Assembly: GCA_963533195.1 (NCBI GenBank)
Contig: CAUSOG010000002.1
Location: 18,853-82,852, forward strand
Direction: 5' to 3'
DNA: 64,000 nucleotides
Source: an uncultured Streptococcus sp.
GTDB taxonomy: Bacteria > Bacillota > Bacilli > Lactobacillales > Streptococcaceae
Part shown: piece by piece, positions 47,594 through 59,161 of the stretch
How the letters are laid out: each line of letters opens with the position of its first letter
Position numbering within the stretch: the first letter of the stretch is position 1
Position numbers and translations under genes: made by a program
The notes under the pieces: model-generated
What the model was told of the DNA's origin: nothing
Databases searched by the model: none
The model's input: only the letters and a program-made list of their open reading frames with translations

Positions 47594-47595
47594 GT

Positions 47596-47700
47596 TTTCT
47601 CCTTTAGCGGCTTTACCGCGTATAATATGCTTGGCGAAAGAAGTTAAGCGCCAAGGGTTGCGTCACCAAGAGCTTATCGCTCCGTAGTTTGGCAACCTAA
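47596..47700 (-). promoter_or_regulatory. preQ1-II riboswitch
   Basis: Minus strand CTTGGCGCTTAACTTCTTTCGCCAAGCATATTATACGCGGTAAAGCCGCTAAAGGAGAA matches class II preQ1 architecture overlapping the RBS. Confidence 0.9.
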
Positions 47701-47741
47701 CCAGTATAGCATAAATCCTAGAAATATGATAGACTATCTTT

Positions 47742-48182
47742 ATGAAAACTTTAATCAAAAAATTCTTTGACAATGAGGTTCTGTCCTATCTTTTCTTTGG
47801 TGTGGCAGCTACCCTTGTTTATATGACTACTCGTCTCCTTATCTTCGCTCTTACAGGACAGACATTATTTGCGACCATTACTGCTAATGTCACAGCAGTA
47901 CTTTTTGCCTTTATCACAAATGATACCATTGTCTTTAAGCAGCAACGCAAAGGTTGGCAAAAGCGACTTTTTAAATTTGCTCTGGCGCGTTCTGGCACTC
48001 TTTTGCTAGACATCGTTCTTGCAAAATTATTAGTGGATACTTATCCTAATATTATCGGGCAATTTGTCAACAATAACCGCAATCTTATCAACTCTATCGA
48101 GTCACTTTTTTCTCAAGTGCTTATTATTGTCCTCAACTATGTTTTTAGTAAGATTTTTGTCTTTAAAAACAAGGAAAAATAA
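47742..48182 (+). CDS. GtrA family membrane protein
   Basis: YLFFGVAAT, FAFITN..VF, LNYVFSKIFVF. Confidence 0.88.
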   Translation: MKTLIKKFFDNEVLSYLFFGVAATLVYMTTRLLIFALTGQTLFATITANVTAVLFAFITNDTIVFKQQRKGWQKRLFKFALARSGTLLLDIVLAKLLVDTYPNIIGQFVNNNRNLINSIESLFSQVLIIVLNYVFSKIFVFKNKEK

Positions 48183-48254
48183 CAACGAATTAGTCTATTT
48201 CACCCTATAAAAGCAAATCTGGACCAGATAATTCTGATCCAGATTTTTATAGTC

Positions 48255-48962
48255 TTAAATTTCCAAGCTTGGTTTTTCAATAGTCAGATGAGTAATCTCA
48301 CCCTTAACACCAAAATACTCCTCAATCAGAGTCTGGAGTTCTGTCATAGCTGCTTGGGCGCGTGCTGCTTGCTCTTCATTAATGGCCTCAATGACCAAGA
48401 TGGCGTCCTTGGTCTCCTCTGTCAGCATAGTCCGCTGCGCTTCTCGCCAGTTAAGGCAACGGCAGACAGCCCCCTCTTCATCATAGTAGATGATTTCTTC
48501 TGGCAGAGCCGGCGCGTCACTCTCAGCTCCCAGCGGGAAAAAGGCTTCGCCACCCTTGGCTTTTCCTAGATGAAGACCTCCGACAATTTTATCCAAATCC
48601 TCACCGCCACATGAAACCGCATAAGACAGCGAGACACTGTTGTAGATATCGACCAAAGGATTGATTGAATGAAATTCCCGCCCCTGACTAACCCGCTTGA
48701 GCAGGGCTTCGATAGAGGATCGTGCTCCTTTCTTGGTCTTGAATTTGCTGAAAGCCTGCCGCCACTCCTGAATGACTTCATTTTGAGTGAAGTTCTCATC
48801 TAAGATAAAGTCCTCAGCTCGTTTCGCTCCCTTATCCAGCAGGGATTTGAAATATGGGTCCTTACTTTCATCCACACTATTATCCAGCCCCTTGACCACT
48901 AAAATACTAATCTGACCTTCCGGAAATACTTGCCAAAATTCATTTTCAACTGTAACTTTCAT
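48255..48962 (-). CDS. B3/4 domain protein (PheRS-beta editing-like)
   Basis: RSSIEALLKR, INPLVDIYN, WREAQRT. Confidence 0.85.
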   Translation of the reverse strand: MKVTVENEFWQVFPEGQISILVVKGLDNSVDESKDPYFKSLLDKGAKRAEDFILDENFTQNEVIQEWRQAFSKFKTKKGARSSIEALLKRVSQGREFHSINPLVDIYNSVSLSYAVSCGGEDLDKIVGGLHLGKAKGGEAFFPLGAESDAPALPEEIIYYDEEGAVCRCLNWREAQRTMLTEETKDAILVIEAINEEQAARAQAAMTELQTLIEEYFGVKGEITHLTIEKPSLEI

Positions 48963-48979
48963 GATCTACCTCTTCAATC

Positions 48980-49429
48980 TTAATAGTTTCTTTTTTGTCC
49001 TTTTTTGACTGCTTCCCAGTCACCTGTGATGTTTTCACGCACTCGTACCAGCATTTTCTCCAAGGCTTGAACTTCCGCCTGAGAAAAGCCCTGCAGGGAT
49101 GTCTCTTCAGAATAGGCATTCTCAGCTAGGATAAAAGGATAAAGTGTTTCCCCTTTTTCCGTCACAAACCATTCCTTGTTCTTCTTGTTGCCCTTGGCTG
49201 CCTTCTGCTGGACCAAGCCCTTGGTCTCTAGCTTCTTGACAGAACGGGCAACAGTTGAGCGATCCACCTTGAGCAGCTCCGACAGTTCCTCTTGGATAAT
49301 CCCCGGATTCTCCGCGATTCGTACCAGATAAAGATATTGACCTCGTGCTAGCTCTATGTCACGGAACTCAATATTAGCAATGGAATCCAAAGCTCGGGCG
49401 ATAATCCCAATTTCCCGCAATACTGACAT
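48980..49429 (-). CDS. MarR family regulator
   Basis: wHTH: QEELSELLKVDRSTVARSVKKLETKGLV. Confidence 0.9.
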   Translation of the reverse strand: MSVLREIGIIARALDSIANIEFRDIELARGQYLYLVRIAENPGIIQEELSELLKVDRSTVARSVKKLETKGLVQQKAAKGNKKNKEWFVTEKGETLYPFILAENAYSEETSLQGFSQAEVQALEKMLVRVRENITGDWEAVKKGQKRNY

Positions 49430-49469
49430 ATCCCCTCCTTTAAACTTTTATTTGAAACTATTATATCAC

Positions 49470-49493
49470 ATTTTATTGCAAATGCAATAAAAT
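49470..49493. promoter_or_regulatory. Palindromic operator over the marR promoter
   Basis: ATTTTATTGCA-AA-TGCAATAAAAT perfect IR just upstream of a minus-strand TGATATAAT extended -10. Confidence 0.7.
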
Positions 49494-49549
49494 TAAATAA
49501 AAAGAAAAAAGAGGAAAATCCTCTTTAAATTTGGCAAAAATGTCTTTTT

Positions 49550-50562
49550 CTAGTTTTCATCTTCCTTATAGTATTTTTGTAATTCTTCCGCTGAGTTAAT
49601 AACATGACCCTGCCCATCTACTGAATATTCAGCTGGGATAGTTACATTCTCAAATACATTCGTTCCTGGCGGAAAGAAGAGTTCGGTCACGTTTTTTACT
49701 AATTCGACATCGGTTTCTTTATTTAAGAAAGCAATACAAGCATCTTTTTCATGCATAATCTTATATACTTGGGGATATTTACTTGATAGAAGTGAATTCT
49801 CAAATTGTTTTTCTGAATAAGAATTTTCTAGAGACATCCATGTTAAATGAAGTGCGACACCTCTTTTTTCCATACGTTCAGCAAAATTAGTGGCGGTCGT
49901 AAAATTATTAGGAAGATCTCTATATGGATTAATTCCCTTATCTGAAACAATTCTCCCTTCATCTAGATTAATACAATATGCCTTTTTTTATCAGTTGACT
50001 TCTGTCTTAAATAGATTACTGCATAATACTTTTGAGTGTTTGAGTCCGCTATAATATCTGAACGTATTTTTATCGGAATCAAATCAGAGTCGTAATTACG
50101 TACCATCTCAAAAACATCAAATTCTCTCTTTTTTAATTTTTTATTCTGGAATTTGTAGACTGCCAACTTCCAATATTCCCCTTTTTGAGGAATATTTCGA
50201 TTAAATTCATCTTTATTCAATAGATTTGGATTAGCTTTGAGCTTCATGTAACTATTGACGAAATATCCAGAGTCAAACTCTCTTATAACATCATAATCAG
50301 GATCTACTATATATGATTTTGCTTTTTTCATATTTTCCTGTTCTTCAGAATTTACAACGTTCCAGTTATAAGCAACAGCCTTATCGTTTTCAAGAAAGCT
50401 ATAAACAGGTTCATATTCAGGAGAATAATACGTAAACTGTCCGTATTTTTCTTGAAACTTCTTTGCCTCTTCCTTACTCCAAATAAAATAAGTTGCAGCT
50501 CCTAGAATCAAGGCTAGAGCGACCACAATACTCTTCCATTTAGTTATTTTTTTACTTTTCAT
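49550..50562 (-). pseudogene. Frameshifted membrane-anchored hypothetical protein (two ORFs, one gene)
   Basis: Adding one A to the A7 run at 49983-49989 joins ORF 49963-50562 to ORF 49550-49873 (..STDKKKAYCINLDEGR..FAERMEKRG..). Confidence 0.72.
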
Positions 50563-50594
50563 ACTTATTTATCCTTTTCCACTCCAAAACAACA

Positions 50595-51521
50595 TCAGTC
50601 CTCTTCCCCATCCTGCTCTTTCTTCTTGAAAGTAAAGCGTCCAGTGCTTTCAACTTGAAATCCTGACTCACAGGAGCTCTGGATACTGGCATTAAGTACT
50701 GCGCCAACAATCAAAATTTTAGCAATCATGATAAACCAAAACATCATCACAACCATAATGATGGAGCTAAAAAAGCGGACATCAACCAGGTGATTTAAAT
50801 AATTATCCATGTAGACAGAAAAGATATTCAGCAAGGCCAGAATAGTCAGAAGAACGAAGGCGCTGCCTGGCAGAACATAGCGTTTTTTGTTGATTTTCAC
50901 ATTGGGCAGGAAATAATAGAACATGACCAAAACCGCAAAGAGTAAGGCGTAAATCAATGGCTCGGTAAAATTCTGCAAGTGCTGATAGAGTTGGCTATCT
51001 AGCTTCCAGTAAGTACGGAGGAAATCTAGCGACATATGGCCAAACATGGTCAGAAAGAGGGTCAAGGCAAAGAGAATCTGCAGACCTAGACTCACAAAGA
51101 GACTCATGATGCGATGAGAAATCAGCCCCCGGCTCTTGGCTACTCCATAGGCTTTATTAAAGGCAATTTGCAGGAAATTCATAGACTTGGAAAAAGTCCA
51201 AAGAGCCGACAAGACTGAGAAGCTCAGCAGGCCAGTCGAAGGCTGGGTCAGCACTTCACGCATGATTTTTGCTACAACATCATATAAAGTCTCTGGCAGC
51301 ATGTCCTTGATGGCTGTCAGAAAATCCGTCACCGGAATGTGAAAATAGGGCAAAATATTCACCACAATTAAGAGCAAGGGAAAAACGGAAATCAGCCAAT
51401 AATAAGCAACTGCAACGCTGCTCAGCTCACTATCTGCCTCTTTATAAAAACGGAAAAATTCTCTTAAAAACTGATTGTTGCGAACCTTACCAAATAATTT
51501 TTTCACTCTCTTCTCCTTCAA
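50595..51521 (-). CDS. YihY/BrkB family membrane protein
   Basis: AVAYYWLISVFP, AFNKAYG, YYFLPN..LPGS. Confidence 0.88.
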   Translation of the reverse strand: MKEKRVKKLFGKVRNNQFLREFFRFYKEADSELSSVAVAYYWLISVFPLLLIVVNILPYFHIPVTDFLTAIKDMLPETLYDVVAKIMREVLTQPSTGLLSFSVLSALWTFSKSMNFLQIAFNKAYGVAKSRGLISHRIMSLFVSLGLQILFALTLFLTMFGHMSLDFLRTYWKLDSQLYQHLQNFTEPLIYALLFAVLVMFYYFLPNVKINKKRYVLPGSAFVLLTILALLNIFSVYMDNYLNHLVDVRFFSSIIMVVMMFWFIMIAKILIVGAVLNASIQSSCESGFQVESTGRFTFKKKEQDGEED

Positions 51522-51553
51522 AAAAGCTGAGACAAGTGCCCAGCCTTTGATTT

Positions 51554-52411
51554 CTAATAAGTCCCTTCTTCTCCCTGGCTGGTCAGAATGACAGGACCAT
51601 CTTTTGTAATGACAAACTGATGCTCATATTGACAGGACAGACCGCCATCCAGCGTTTTATGTGCCCAGCCGGTCTCAAAGTCCGTATCAATTTCCCAGGT
51701 ACCTGTATTGATCATTGGCTCGATAGTCAGAACCATTCCCTCACGCAAGCGCAAGCCACGTCCTGCTCGACCGTAATGCGGCACCATAGGCTCCTCATGC
51801 ATGGTTGGGCCAACACCGTGCCCTACCAAATCCCGCACAACGCCATAGCCATGACTTTCAGCATATTCCTGAATAGCTGAACCAATGTCGCCGATACGAT
51901 TGCCGACCTTAGCTGCCGCAATTCCACGGTAGAGACATTCCTTGGTCACGTCCATCAGCTGCTGAGCTTCTGGGCTAATTTTCCCTACTGCATAGGTCCA
52001 GCAAGAATCTGCCACACCGCCCCGGAAGCTCTCTGTGTGTTGCTTCATCTGTTCCACATTGTCAAAATCTAGCTTGGACACATCCAGCTCTGCCTTATCG
52101 ATCAAGCCAACCACCATATCAACGCTGATGACATCACCTTCTACCAGCTTCTGATGACGGGGAAAGGCATGGGCGACTTCGTCATTAAGAGAGCAGCAAG
52201 TCGCATAAGGATAGTCCATAACAGAACCTTCAACACCAATTTGCAGAGGCAAGGCATTGTCTTCTTTACAACGCTTGCGAACATACTCTTCAATGTCCCA
52301 CATGTCAATGCCTGGCTTAATCAAGTCTCTCAAACCAATGTGGACTGAAGCCAAAAAATCTCCGCTCTTGTCCATCAAGTCAATTTCACGCTGTGATTTT
52401 AAAGTAATCAT
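51554..52411 (-). CDS. map: Methionine aminopeptidase
   Basis: SLNDEVAH, GHGVG..MHEEP, TIEPMIN, QYEH. Confidence 0.95.
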   Translation of the reverse strand: MITLKSQREIDLMDKSGDFLASVHIGLRDLIKPGIDMWDIEEYVRKRCKEDNALPLQIGVEGSVMDYPYATCCSLNDEVAHAFPRHQKLVEGDVISVDMVVGLIDKAELDVSKLDFDNVEQMKQHTESFRGGVADSCWTYAVGKISPEAQQLMDVTKECLYRGIAAAKVGNRIGDIGSAIQEYAESHGYGVVRDLVGHGVGPTMHEEPMVPHYGRAGRGLRLREGMVLTIEPMINTGTWEIDTDFETGWAHKTLDGGLSCQYEHQFVITKDGPVILTSQGEEGTY

Positions 52412-52432
52412 TCTTTCTCTAATTTCCTCTTC

Positions 52433-53710
52433 TTAATTAATTTTCACTGTAATCGTCGCTTTGGCAACTAGCATCGCTTCCAGATACATCTCAAAGTCAA
52501 TAATAGCTGTCCGCCTAGTCTGACGGATAATACGCGGCTGGATATGCAGCAGGTCATCAATCTGAACCGCCTGAAAGAAATAAATCATCAGCTGGTCGAT
52601 AATGAGACTGCGGCCGCTGTTGACCATAAGCTGCTGGGTAATCCGAGTCAGAATTTCTGTCAGCACACCGTTGGCCAGCACACCATTTTGCTCCAGCATA
52701 AAAGGCTCAACGGTAAAGGAAAACAAATCATCCTGACGGCTAATCTTCTGTCCTACTTGCTCACTGAAAGTCGGCAAGCTGGAAATCTGAGAACGGCTCA
52801 TTTTTTCCATAATATCCCGACGCGTGATTACACCCAGCAAGGTCTGGTTGCTGCGAACTACTGGTATCATCTCAAAATCTTCTGCAATCATGCGCTGGCT
52901 AATATTGGCAATATTGGCAGATAAGCCTGTCATAAAGACGTTTTTCGTCATGACCTTGTCCAAGGTTGTCAGAGGAGACTTATCCCCTGCATCCCGCATG
53001 GTTACTACTCCTACCAGCATCTGCTGTTGGTTGATAACCGGAAACCGGCTGGCGCGATTGCGACGGACCAAGTCCAGATAGTCTCGAACAGTATCAGTAT
53101 CATGCAAAAAGCCGTACTCGTGGCTGGAGCGATAGACCTGCTCCACTGTTAAAATATCAGTCTTGATTTGCATATTGGAAAGGGCACGATTAATCATGGT
53201 TGCAACAGTGTAGGTATCGTGCTTGGTCCTGAGAACCGGTATATTAAGCAGATTAGCCATCTTCAGAACTTCCGAGCTGACTTCAAAACCTCCGGTTACC
53301 AGCACCGCATTCTCATTTTCCAGGGCCAAGAGCTGAATTTTCGTCCGGTCTCCGACAATCAGGAGACCGCCCTCTGTCAGATAGCGCAGGATATTCTGCT
53401 CCGTCATGGCTCCGATGGAAAATTTATTGAATTCTTTTTCCAGACCATCTTCTCCTGCCAATACTTCTGAGCCAGTAATATCAACAATTTCCTTGTAGGT
53501 CAGATGCTCCAAGACCACTTTCTTGGACTTAACCCGAACCGTACCACTCCGAGGTCTAGTCTCAACAATACCGCGGTTCTCCGCTTCCTTGATAGCACGA
53601 TAGGCCGTCCCATCACTAACTCCCAGATAGTTTGAAATACTGCGGACACTGACCCTCTTGCCAATTGGAAGATTTTCAAGATAGGTTAAAATTTCCTGAT
53701 GCTTACTCAT
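52433..53710 (-). CDS. spxR: SpxR regulator (HTH-DRTGG-CBS-HotDog)
   Basis: Start MSKHQEIL; VSDGTAYRAIK HTH, IVGDR, CBS pair. Confidence 0.85.
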   Translation of the reverse strand: MSKHQEILTYLENLPIGKRVSVRSISNYLGVSDGTAYRAIKEAENRGIVETRPRSGTVRVKSKKVVLEHLTYKEIVDITGSEVLAGEDGLEKEFNKFSIGAMTEQNILRYLTEGGLLIVGDRTKIQLLALENENAVLVTGGFEVSSEVLKMANLLNIPVLRTKHDTYTVATMINRALSNMQIKTDILTVEQVYRSSHEYGFLHDTDTVRDYLDLVRRNRASRFPVINQQQMLVGVVTMRDAGDKSPLTTLDKVMTKNVFMTGLSANIANISQRMIAEDFEMIPVVRSNQTLLGVITRRDIMEKMSRSQISSLPTFSEQVGQKISRQDDLFSFTVEPFMLEQNGVLANGVLTEILTRITQQLMVNSGRSLIIDQLMIYFFQAVQIDDLLHIQPRIIRQTRRTAIIDFEMYLEAMLVAKATITVKIN

Positions 53711-54254
53711 TAAAATCTCCTCTCTCATAACGGTACTCCAGATAATCTCGCATCTTCCTGGTGTACCGGTCACTTCCTTTAAACTGCCGGTAGAGGCTGA
53801 AGCCAGATTTTTGAGCCACCTTTTGACTGGCTAGGTTCTCTGCATGAGTGATAATACTGAGGCGCTTGAAGTCAAAGCGAGTAAAAGATAGAAAAGCAAT
53901 TTCCCGAACAATTTCTGTCATCAGCCCTTGTCCCCAGTAGTCTTGGCGCAGAAAATAGCCTAACTCAGCTTCTTTCTTAATCTCGTCCATCTTTTCAAAC
54001 TTGACAGAGCCAATCATTTCCTGCGTTTCCTTGTGACAAATAGCCCAAATCCCCAGAGGATTTTTCATAAAGAAATTGGCAATGACGTATTCACTTTCCT
54101 CTAGGCTTGCTTCTGTCGGAAAAATGAACTGAGTATTTTCCGGATTGGACGCAATCTTATATAGGGCTCCTGCATCTTCAAAGACAATGGGCCGCAAAAA
54201 AGCATGCTCCGTCTCAATAAATGAACAGGCTGCTAAATGTGTCCATAAATTCAT
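53703..54254 (-). CDS. GNAT (RimJ/RimL-like) acetyltransferase
   Basis: ELGYFL..YWGQGLMTE, NLASQKVAQKSGF. Confidence 0.88.
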   Translation of the reverse strand: MNLWTHLAACSFIETEHAFLRPIVFEDAGALYKIASNPENTQFIFPTEASLEESEYVIANFFMKNPLGIWAICHKETQEMIGSVKFEKMDEIKKEAELGYFLRQDYWGQGLMTEIVREIAFLSFTRFDFKRLSIITHAENLASQKVAQKSGFSLYRQFKGSDRYTRKMRDYLEYRYERGDFNE

Positions 54255-54287
54255 CTGCTACCTCTACAAAAAATAAGCGAAAAACGC

Positions 54288-55547
54288 TTATTCTTCTATC
54301 AACTGGATATCCGCACCCAGACTTGTTAATTTTTCAATAATATTAGAATAACCACGCAGGATAAACTCGATATTAGTAATTTCTGTCTTTCCTTGAGCCA
54401 TCAAACCTGCAATAACCAAAGCAGCTCCTGCTCGCAAATCAGTCGCCTTGACCTGAGCTCCCTGCAGTTGATTTGGCCCCTCATAGACAATCTGGTCGCT
54501 GCTGGTCGAAATCTTGCCTGCCATCTTAGCCAGCTCCGCCACATGGTTAACTCGCTTCTCATAGATGGTGTCCGTAATCTTACCGTGGCCATTAGACGTC
54601 AGTAAGAGCGGAGTGATAGGCTGTTGTAGGTCAGTTGCAAAGCCTGGATAAGGAGAAGTCTTAATGTTTATAGCTCTCAGAGTTTGCTGCTCTTCGACAA
54701 AAATGCTGTCTTCAGAAACCGTCATCCGAACACCCATTTCCTCAAGCTTGGCAATAAAACTCTCTAAATGCTCATAAAGGACATTATTAATCTGAATTCC
54801 CTGACCAATAGCTGCAGCAAGGGCGATATAAGTTCCTGCCTCGATACGGTCAGGAATTACTTGATGGCGCGTTCCATGAAGGTGTGGAACACCCTCAATC
54901 GTAATAATATCAGTTCCTGCTCCGCGGATGTGCGCTCCCATATTGTTCAAGAGAGTTGCCACATCGATGATTTCTGGCTCTCTCGCTGCATTTTCAATAA
55001 TGGTCCGACCTTTGGCCTTGACAGCAGCCAACATCGTGTTGATGGTAGCACCCACGCTGACCGTATCCATATAAATGCTAGCGCCTTTCAGCTGCTGGCC
55101 CCCTGTGGATAGGTTCATGTAGTTGCCGTCCATGGTCATCTTAGCTCCCATGGCTTCAAAAGCTTTGAGATGCAAGTCAATAGGACGCGGACCCAAGTCA
55201 CAGCCACCAGGCAGACCTACCGTCGCTTCACCATAGCGGCCTAGCAAGCTGCCATAGAAATAATAAGAAGCCCTTAGACTATTGATTTTTCCATAAGGCA
55301 TAGGGACGTTTCGGATACCACGCGGATCAATTGTCAGACTGTCCTCAGAGCGAGTAACACTAGCCCCCATGGCAACCATAATATCAATCAGACTATCCAC
55401 ATCCGAAATATCCGGAACACCATCTAACGTTACAATATCATCCGCCAGAATCACAGCTGGAATCAAGGCAACGACACTGTTTTTAGCACCATTAATAGTC
55501 ACCTCTCCTTTTAAGGGGCGACCACCATGTATTACAATTTTTTTCAT
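54288..55547 (-). CDS. murA: UDP-N-acetylglucosamine 1-carboxyvinyltransferase
   Basis: [41 protein letters not shown]. Confidence 0.95.
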   Translation of the reverse strand: MKKIVIHGGRPLKGEVTINGAKNSVVALIPAVILADDIVTLDGVPDISDVDSLIDIMVAMGASVTRSEDSLTIDPRGIRNVPMPYGKINSLRASYYFYGSLLGRYGEATVGLPGGCDLGPRPIDLHLKAFEAMGAKMTMDGNYMNLSTGGQQLKGASIYMDTVSVGATINTMLAAVKAKGRTIIENAAREPEIIDVATLLNNMGAHIRGAGTDIITIEGVPHLHGTRHQVIPDRIEAGTYIALAAAIGQGIQINNVLYEHLESFIAKLEEMGVRMTVSEDSIFVEEQQTLRAINIKTSPYPGFATDLQQPITPLLLTSNGHGKITDTIYEKRVNHVAELAKMAGKISTSSDQIVYEGPNQLQGAQVKATDLRAGAALVIAGLMAQGKTEITNIEFILRGYSNIIEKLTSLGADIQLIEE

Positions 55548-55815
55548 GTTTAAAATAAAGCTCTTTCAAGGTATTGCCATTTATTATACCACAGATTCGG
55601 GAAATTTCCTATACTTTTAGATAAATAAGACAATCGAAATTAAAATGAAACAGGGAAAATGGTTTTTTCAATAATTTTTCAGAAAAAACAGGATTGCAAA
55701 AAATGAAAGAAGCGCAAGGTTAGACTGCTTGCCTTTTAAAAGTTGCCTGTATAGAAATGACTTTTTCTTAAAAAAATAGAAAAGTTCCCAATCATGACGA
55801 TTGAGAACTGTCTTC

Positions 55816-57006
55816 TTACTGCACTGCTGCTTTCAAAGCCTCTACCTTATCTAACTTTTCCCAAGGCAGGTCAATGTCTGTCCTACCCATGTGACCATAA
55901 GCTGCTGTCTGACGGTAGATTGGTCGTTTCAGATCCAGCATTTGAATGATACCGGCTGGACGCAGATCAAAAATCTGACGAACTGCTTCTTGCAATTTGC
56001 TTTCTGCAACTGCTCCAGTACCAAAAGTATCGATGCGTACAGAAACCGGCTGAGCCACACCAATAGCATAGGCTAGCTGCACTTCTGCTTTCTTGGCCAG
56101 TCCTGCAGCAACAATGTTTTTAGCGATGTAACGAGCTGCGTATGAAGCTGAGCGGTCAACCTTGGTTGCATCCTTACCAGAGAAGGCGCCGCCGCCGTGA
56201 CGAGCATAACCACCGTAAGTATCCACAATAATCTTGCGGCCAGTCAAGCCAGAATCCCCTTGCGGACCGCCAATTACAAAACGGCCGGTTGGATTGATGA
56301 AGAATTTTGTCTTCTCATCCAAATATTGGGCTGGGATGACTGCTTTAATCACCTTTTCAATCACATCACGATGAATCTCTTCATTGGTCGCTTCTGGGTC
56401 ATGTTGGGTTGAAATAACCACTGTATCCACACGCACAGGCTGGTCATTTTCATCATACTCAACGGTCACCTGTGACTTAGCATCTGGACGCAGATAGGCA
56501 ATCTCTCCTGATTTGCGCAACTCTGCCAATCGACGAACAAGCTTATGGCTGAGCGAGATAGGCAGCGGCATGAGCTCTGGCGTTTCATCCACAGCAAAGC
56601 CAAACATAAGCCCTTGGTCACCAGCTCCGATTAAGTCCAATGGATCTTGGTCTGTATTCCCACGAACTTCCAGAGCTTCATTGACACCCTGAGCAATATC
56701 TGGTGATTGCTCCACCAAAGACGGATGCACACCGACCGTCTCTGCTGAAAATCCATACTCTGTATTGGTGTAGCCAATCTCTGCAATGGTATCACGAACC
56801 ACACGGTTAATATCTACATAAGCTGTGGTCGAAATCTCACCAAAAACATGAACCGAGCCCGTATAAACGGCTGTTTCAGCAGCCACATGGGCATCTGGAT
56901 CCTGACTCAAGACAGCATCCAAAATAGCATCGGAAATTTGGTCTGCAATCTTATCAGGATGTCCCTCCGATACAGACTCAGACGTGAAAAGTTTACGTTC
57001 TGACAT
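55816..57006 (-). CDS. metK: S-adenosylmethionine synthetase
   Basis: [25 protein letters not shown]. Confidence 0.98.
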   Translation of the reverse strand: MSERKLFTSESVSEGHPDKIADQISDAILDAVLSQDPDAHVAAETAVYTGSVHVFGEISTTAYVDINRVVRDTIAEIGYTNTEYGFSAETVGVHPSLVEQSPDIAQGVNEALEVRGNTDQDPLDLIGAGDQGLMFGFAVDETPELMPLPISLSHKLVRRLAELRKSGEIAYLRPDAKSQVTVEYDENDQPVRVDTVVISTQHDPEATNEEIHRDVIEKVIKAVIPAQYLDEKTKFFINPTGRFVIGGPQGDSGLTGRKIIVDTYGGYARHGGGAFSGKDATKVDRSASYAARYIAKNIVAAGLAKKAEVQLAYAIGVAQPVSVRIDTFGTGAVAESKLQEAVRQIFDLRPAGIIQMLDLKRPIYRQTAAYGHMGRTDIDLPWEKLDKVEALKAAVQ

Positions 57007-57011
57007 AGAAA

Positions 57012-57090
57012 TGTCCCCCCTTAAATAAATTGTTATAGAGTTACAAAGTACTGATAGAAGTTTCCTACCACCTTATCGGGACTATATAAC
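57012..57090 (-). promoter_or_regulatory. SMK box (SAM-III) translational riboswitch
   Basis: Minus strand GTCCCGATAAG..TTGTAAC..GGGGGGAC; anti-SD pairs with metK SD; TGGTATAAT upstream. Confidence 0.8.
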
Positions 57091-57182
57091 TTCTTCATTA
57101 TACCACTTTTCGCTAAAAAATTCAGAATTTTTTAAATAGAAAAAGCTATAATCAGAAACTATAGCTTTATTGCAATGATAAA

Positions 57183-57797
57183 CTAAGGGCAGCTTGCTAA
57201 CAACTCTTCAACTTCCGCCTTACCGATAGCATCACCAGCTTGTTCAAAAAGTCTGATAGCAGCCGCAAAGTTGGTTCTTGCTTCTTTGAGATTTCCCAAA
57301 GCTTGAGCAATTTCACCCAATCCTCGGCAAATACATGCATGGTTTACCACATCATCTGACTCCTTAGCATAGATATGCGACTTTCTCATAAACTCCTGAG
57401 CTTGAGTCAATCGGCCTAATTTAAGATTTAGGTAGCCTAACTCATAGAGATTTACTGAATGACGATAATGGTCATCTGGGAAATACATCGCTAGGAAAGC
57501 AGCTTCTTTTTCTATCCACTCTAAAGCTTGATAAAAATCTCCCGCAGCTCTAGCAACATAGCCTAGCTGATGATAAGCGATATGCTCATTTTCAATATCA
57601 CTATCATTCTGAGCCTGAATCAAATAAAGCTCCAAATTTGCAAAAGCGTTCTGATAATCCTGCCTTTCTACAGCTAGATAAGCCCGTAAATTCCAGCGGC
57701 TAAAGGAATCTTTTTCAAGCTGCCGCTCTAGTTCTTCGGCCTTATTTAACCGTCCTTCAAAGAAATGCTGCCAAGCGGCTGCCAATCTCTCATTCAT
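57183..57797 (-). CDS. Tetratricopeptide-repeat protein
   Basis: Start moved to MNERLAA (AAAGGAG RBS); TPR-like AYHQLGYV, LYELGYL, CRGLGEIA. Confidence 0.75.
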   Translation of the reverse strand: MNERLAAAWQHFFEGRLNKAEELERQLEKDSFSRWNLRAYLAVERQDYQNAFANLELYLIQAQNDSDIENEHIAYHQLGYVARAAGDFYQALEWIEKEAAFLAMYFPDDHYRHSVNLYELGYLNLKLGRLTQAQEFMRKSHIYAKESDDVVNHACICRGLGEIAQALGNLKEARTNFAAAIRLFEQAGDAIGKAEVEELLASCP

Positions 57798-57831
57798 CTG
57801 CCTTCTCCTTTTACCTCCAGAACTTCTCCCA

Positions 57832-58299
57832 CTAAACCAAATCCGTCTGAGCGATAGCCTTCTTGACATCATCCAGCGGCAAATGAACCAATTCCACCTC
57901 TTTTTCCTTGTAGAGATATTGAGCATAGTCATCTATCCGATATTGGTTGATATAGACCACCCGTTTGCAGCCGACCTGAAGCAGTTGCTTGGTACAGTTG
58001 AGACATGGAAAATGGGTCACATAAGCCGTAAAGCCCTTGGGAACCCCCCGCTCGGCTCCTTGCAAGATGGCATTGACCTCGGCATGCAAAGTCCGCACGC
58101 AGTGACCGTCAATAACCAAGCACTCATGGTCAATACAGTGCTCAGTCCCTGAAACTGAGCCATTGTAACCAGTTGAAATAACCTTATTATCCTTGACCAA
58201 GACAGCGCCGACTTTGGCTCGTTTGCAAGTTGAGCGATTAGCGATTAAGAGAGCCTGAGCCGCAAAATACTGATCCCAAGCCAAACGATTCTCTGACAT
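57832..58299 (-). CDS. comEB: dCMP deaminase (ComEB family)
   Basis: TGYNG, HAEVNA, PCLNC. Confidence 0.88.
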   Translation of the reverse strand: MSENRLAWDQYFAAQALLIANRSTCKRAKVGAVLVKDNKVISTGYNGSVSGTEHCIDHECLVIDGHCVRTLHAEVNAILQGAERGVPKGFTAYVTHFPCLNCTKQLLQVGCKRVVYINQYRIDDYAQYLYKEKEVELVHLPLDDVKKAIAQTDLV

Positions 58300-58516
58300 A
58301 ATTTCTCCATTCTACTGATTTTTTATTCACATAAGTATCTGTTTTTCCTATTATATCGCAAATTCCTATTTTTAACTAGCTTTACCATGAAAGCTGTCTT
58401 ATCAGCAACATGCCTTTATCTATACTATAAGTGGCATGGCAGACTATTTCCCTCCTCATACTTTTCATTAAGAATTATCGAAAAAGAACCAAGGAAATCC
58501 TCAGTTCTTATTTTAA

Positions 58517-58876
58517 TTATTTACCAAGCTTAGCTTTAGCTGCATCTGCAAGAGCTGTGAAAGCTGCTGCATCGTTAACAGCCAAGTCAGCCAACATTTT
58601 ACGGTTAACTTCAATCTCAGCCAATTTCAAACCATGCATCAATTGTGAGTATGAAAGGCCGTTCAATCGAGCTGCCGCGTTGATACGAGTGATCCAAAGT
58701 TTGCGGAAGTCACGTTTTTTCTGACGGCGGTCACGGTATGCATAGTAGTAAGAGTTCATTACTTGCTCTTTTGCAGTACGGAACAAGATATGTTTTGCTC
58801 CATAGTAACCTTTAGCTAATTTTAAAATACGTTTACGACGTTTGCGTGATACAACGCCACCTTTAACACGTGCCAT
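58517..58876 (-). CDS. rplT: 50S ribosomal protein L20
   Basis: [19 protein letters not shown]. Confidence 0.99.
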
Positions 58877-58927
58877 GTTTTATTTCCTCCAAATATTTCC
58901 TAGAATTGTTTACTTACAGATACGCGA

Positions 58928-59128
58928 TTATTTCAAGCGAGTAAGCATTGCTTTGATACGTTTGAAATCTCCTGAATGCACCATAGATGCTTTACGAAGA
59001 TGACGACGTTGTTTCTTAGTTTTTCCGTGGAAACGGTGAGAAGTGTAAGCACGGAAACGTTTCAAGCCACCAGAACCTGTACGTTTGAAACGTTTAGCTG
59101 ATGCGCGGTGTGTTTTTTGTTTTGGCAT
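58928..59128 (-). CDS. rpmI: 50S ribosomal protein L35
   Basis: [20 protein letters not shown]. Confidence 0.99.
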   Translation of the reverse strand: MPKQKTHRASAKRFKRTGSGGLKRFRAYTSHRFHGKTKKQRRHLRKASMVHSGDFKRIKAMLTRLK

Positions 59129-59161
59129 AATGTTTTCTCCTTTTTCTATCTTTCTGACAAT

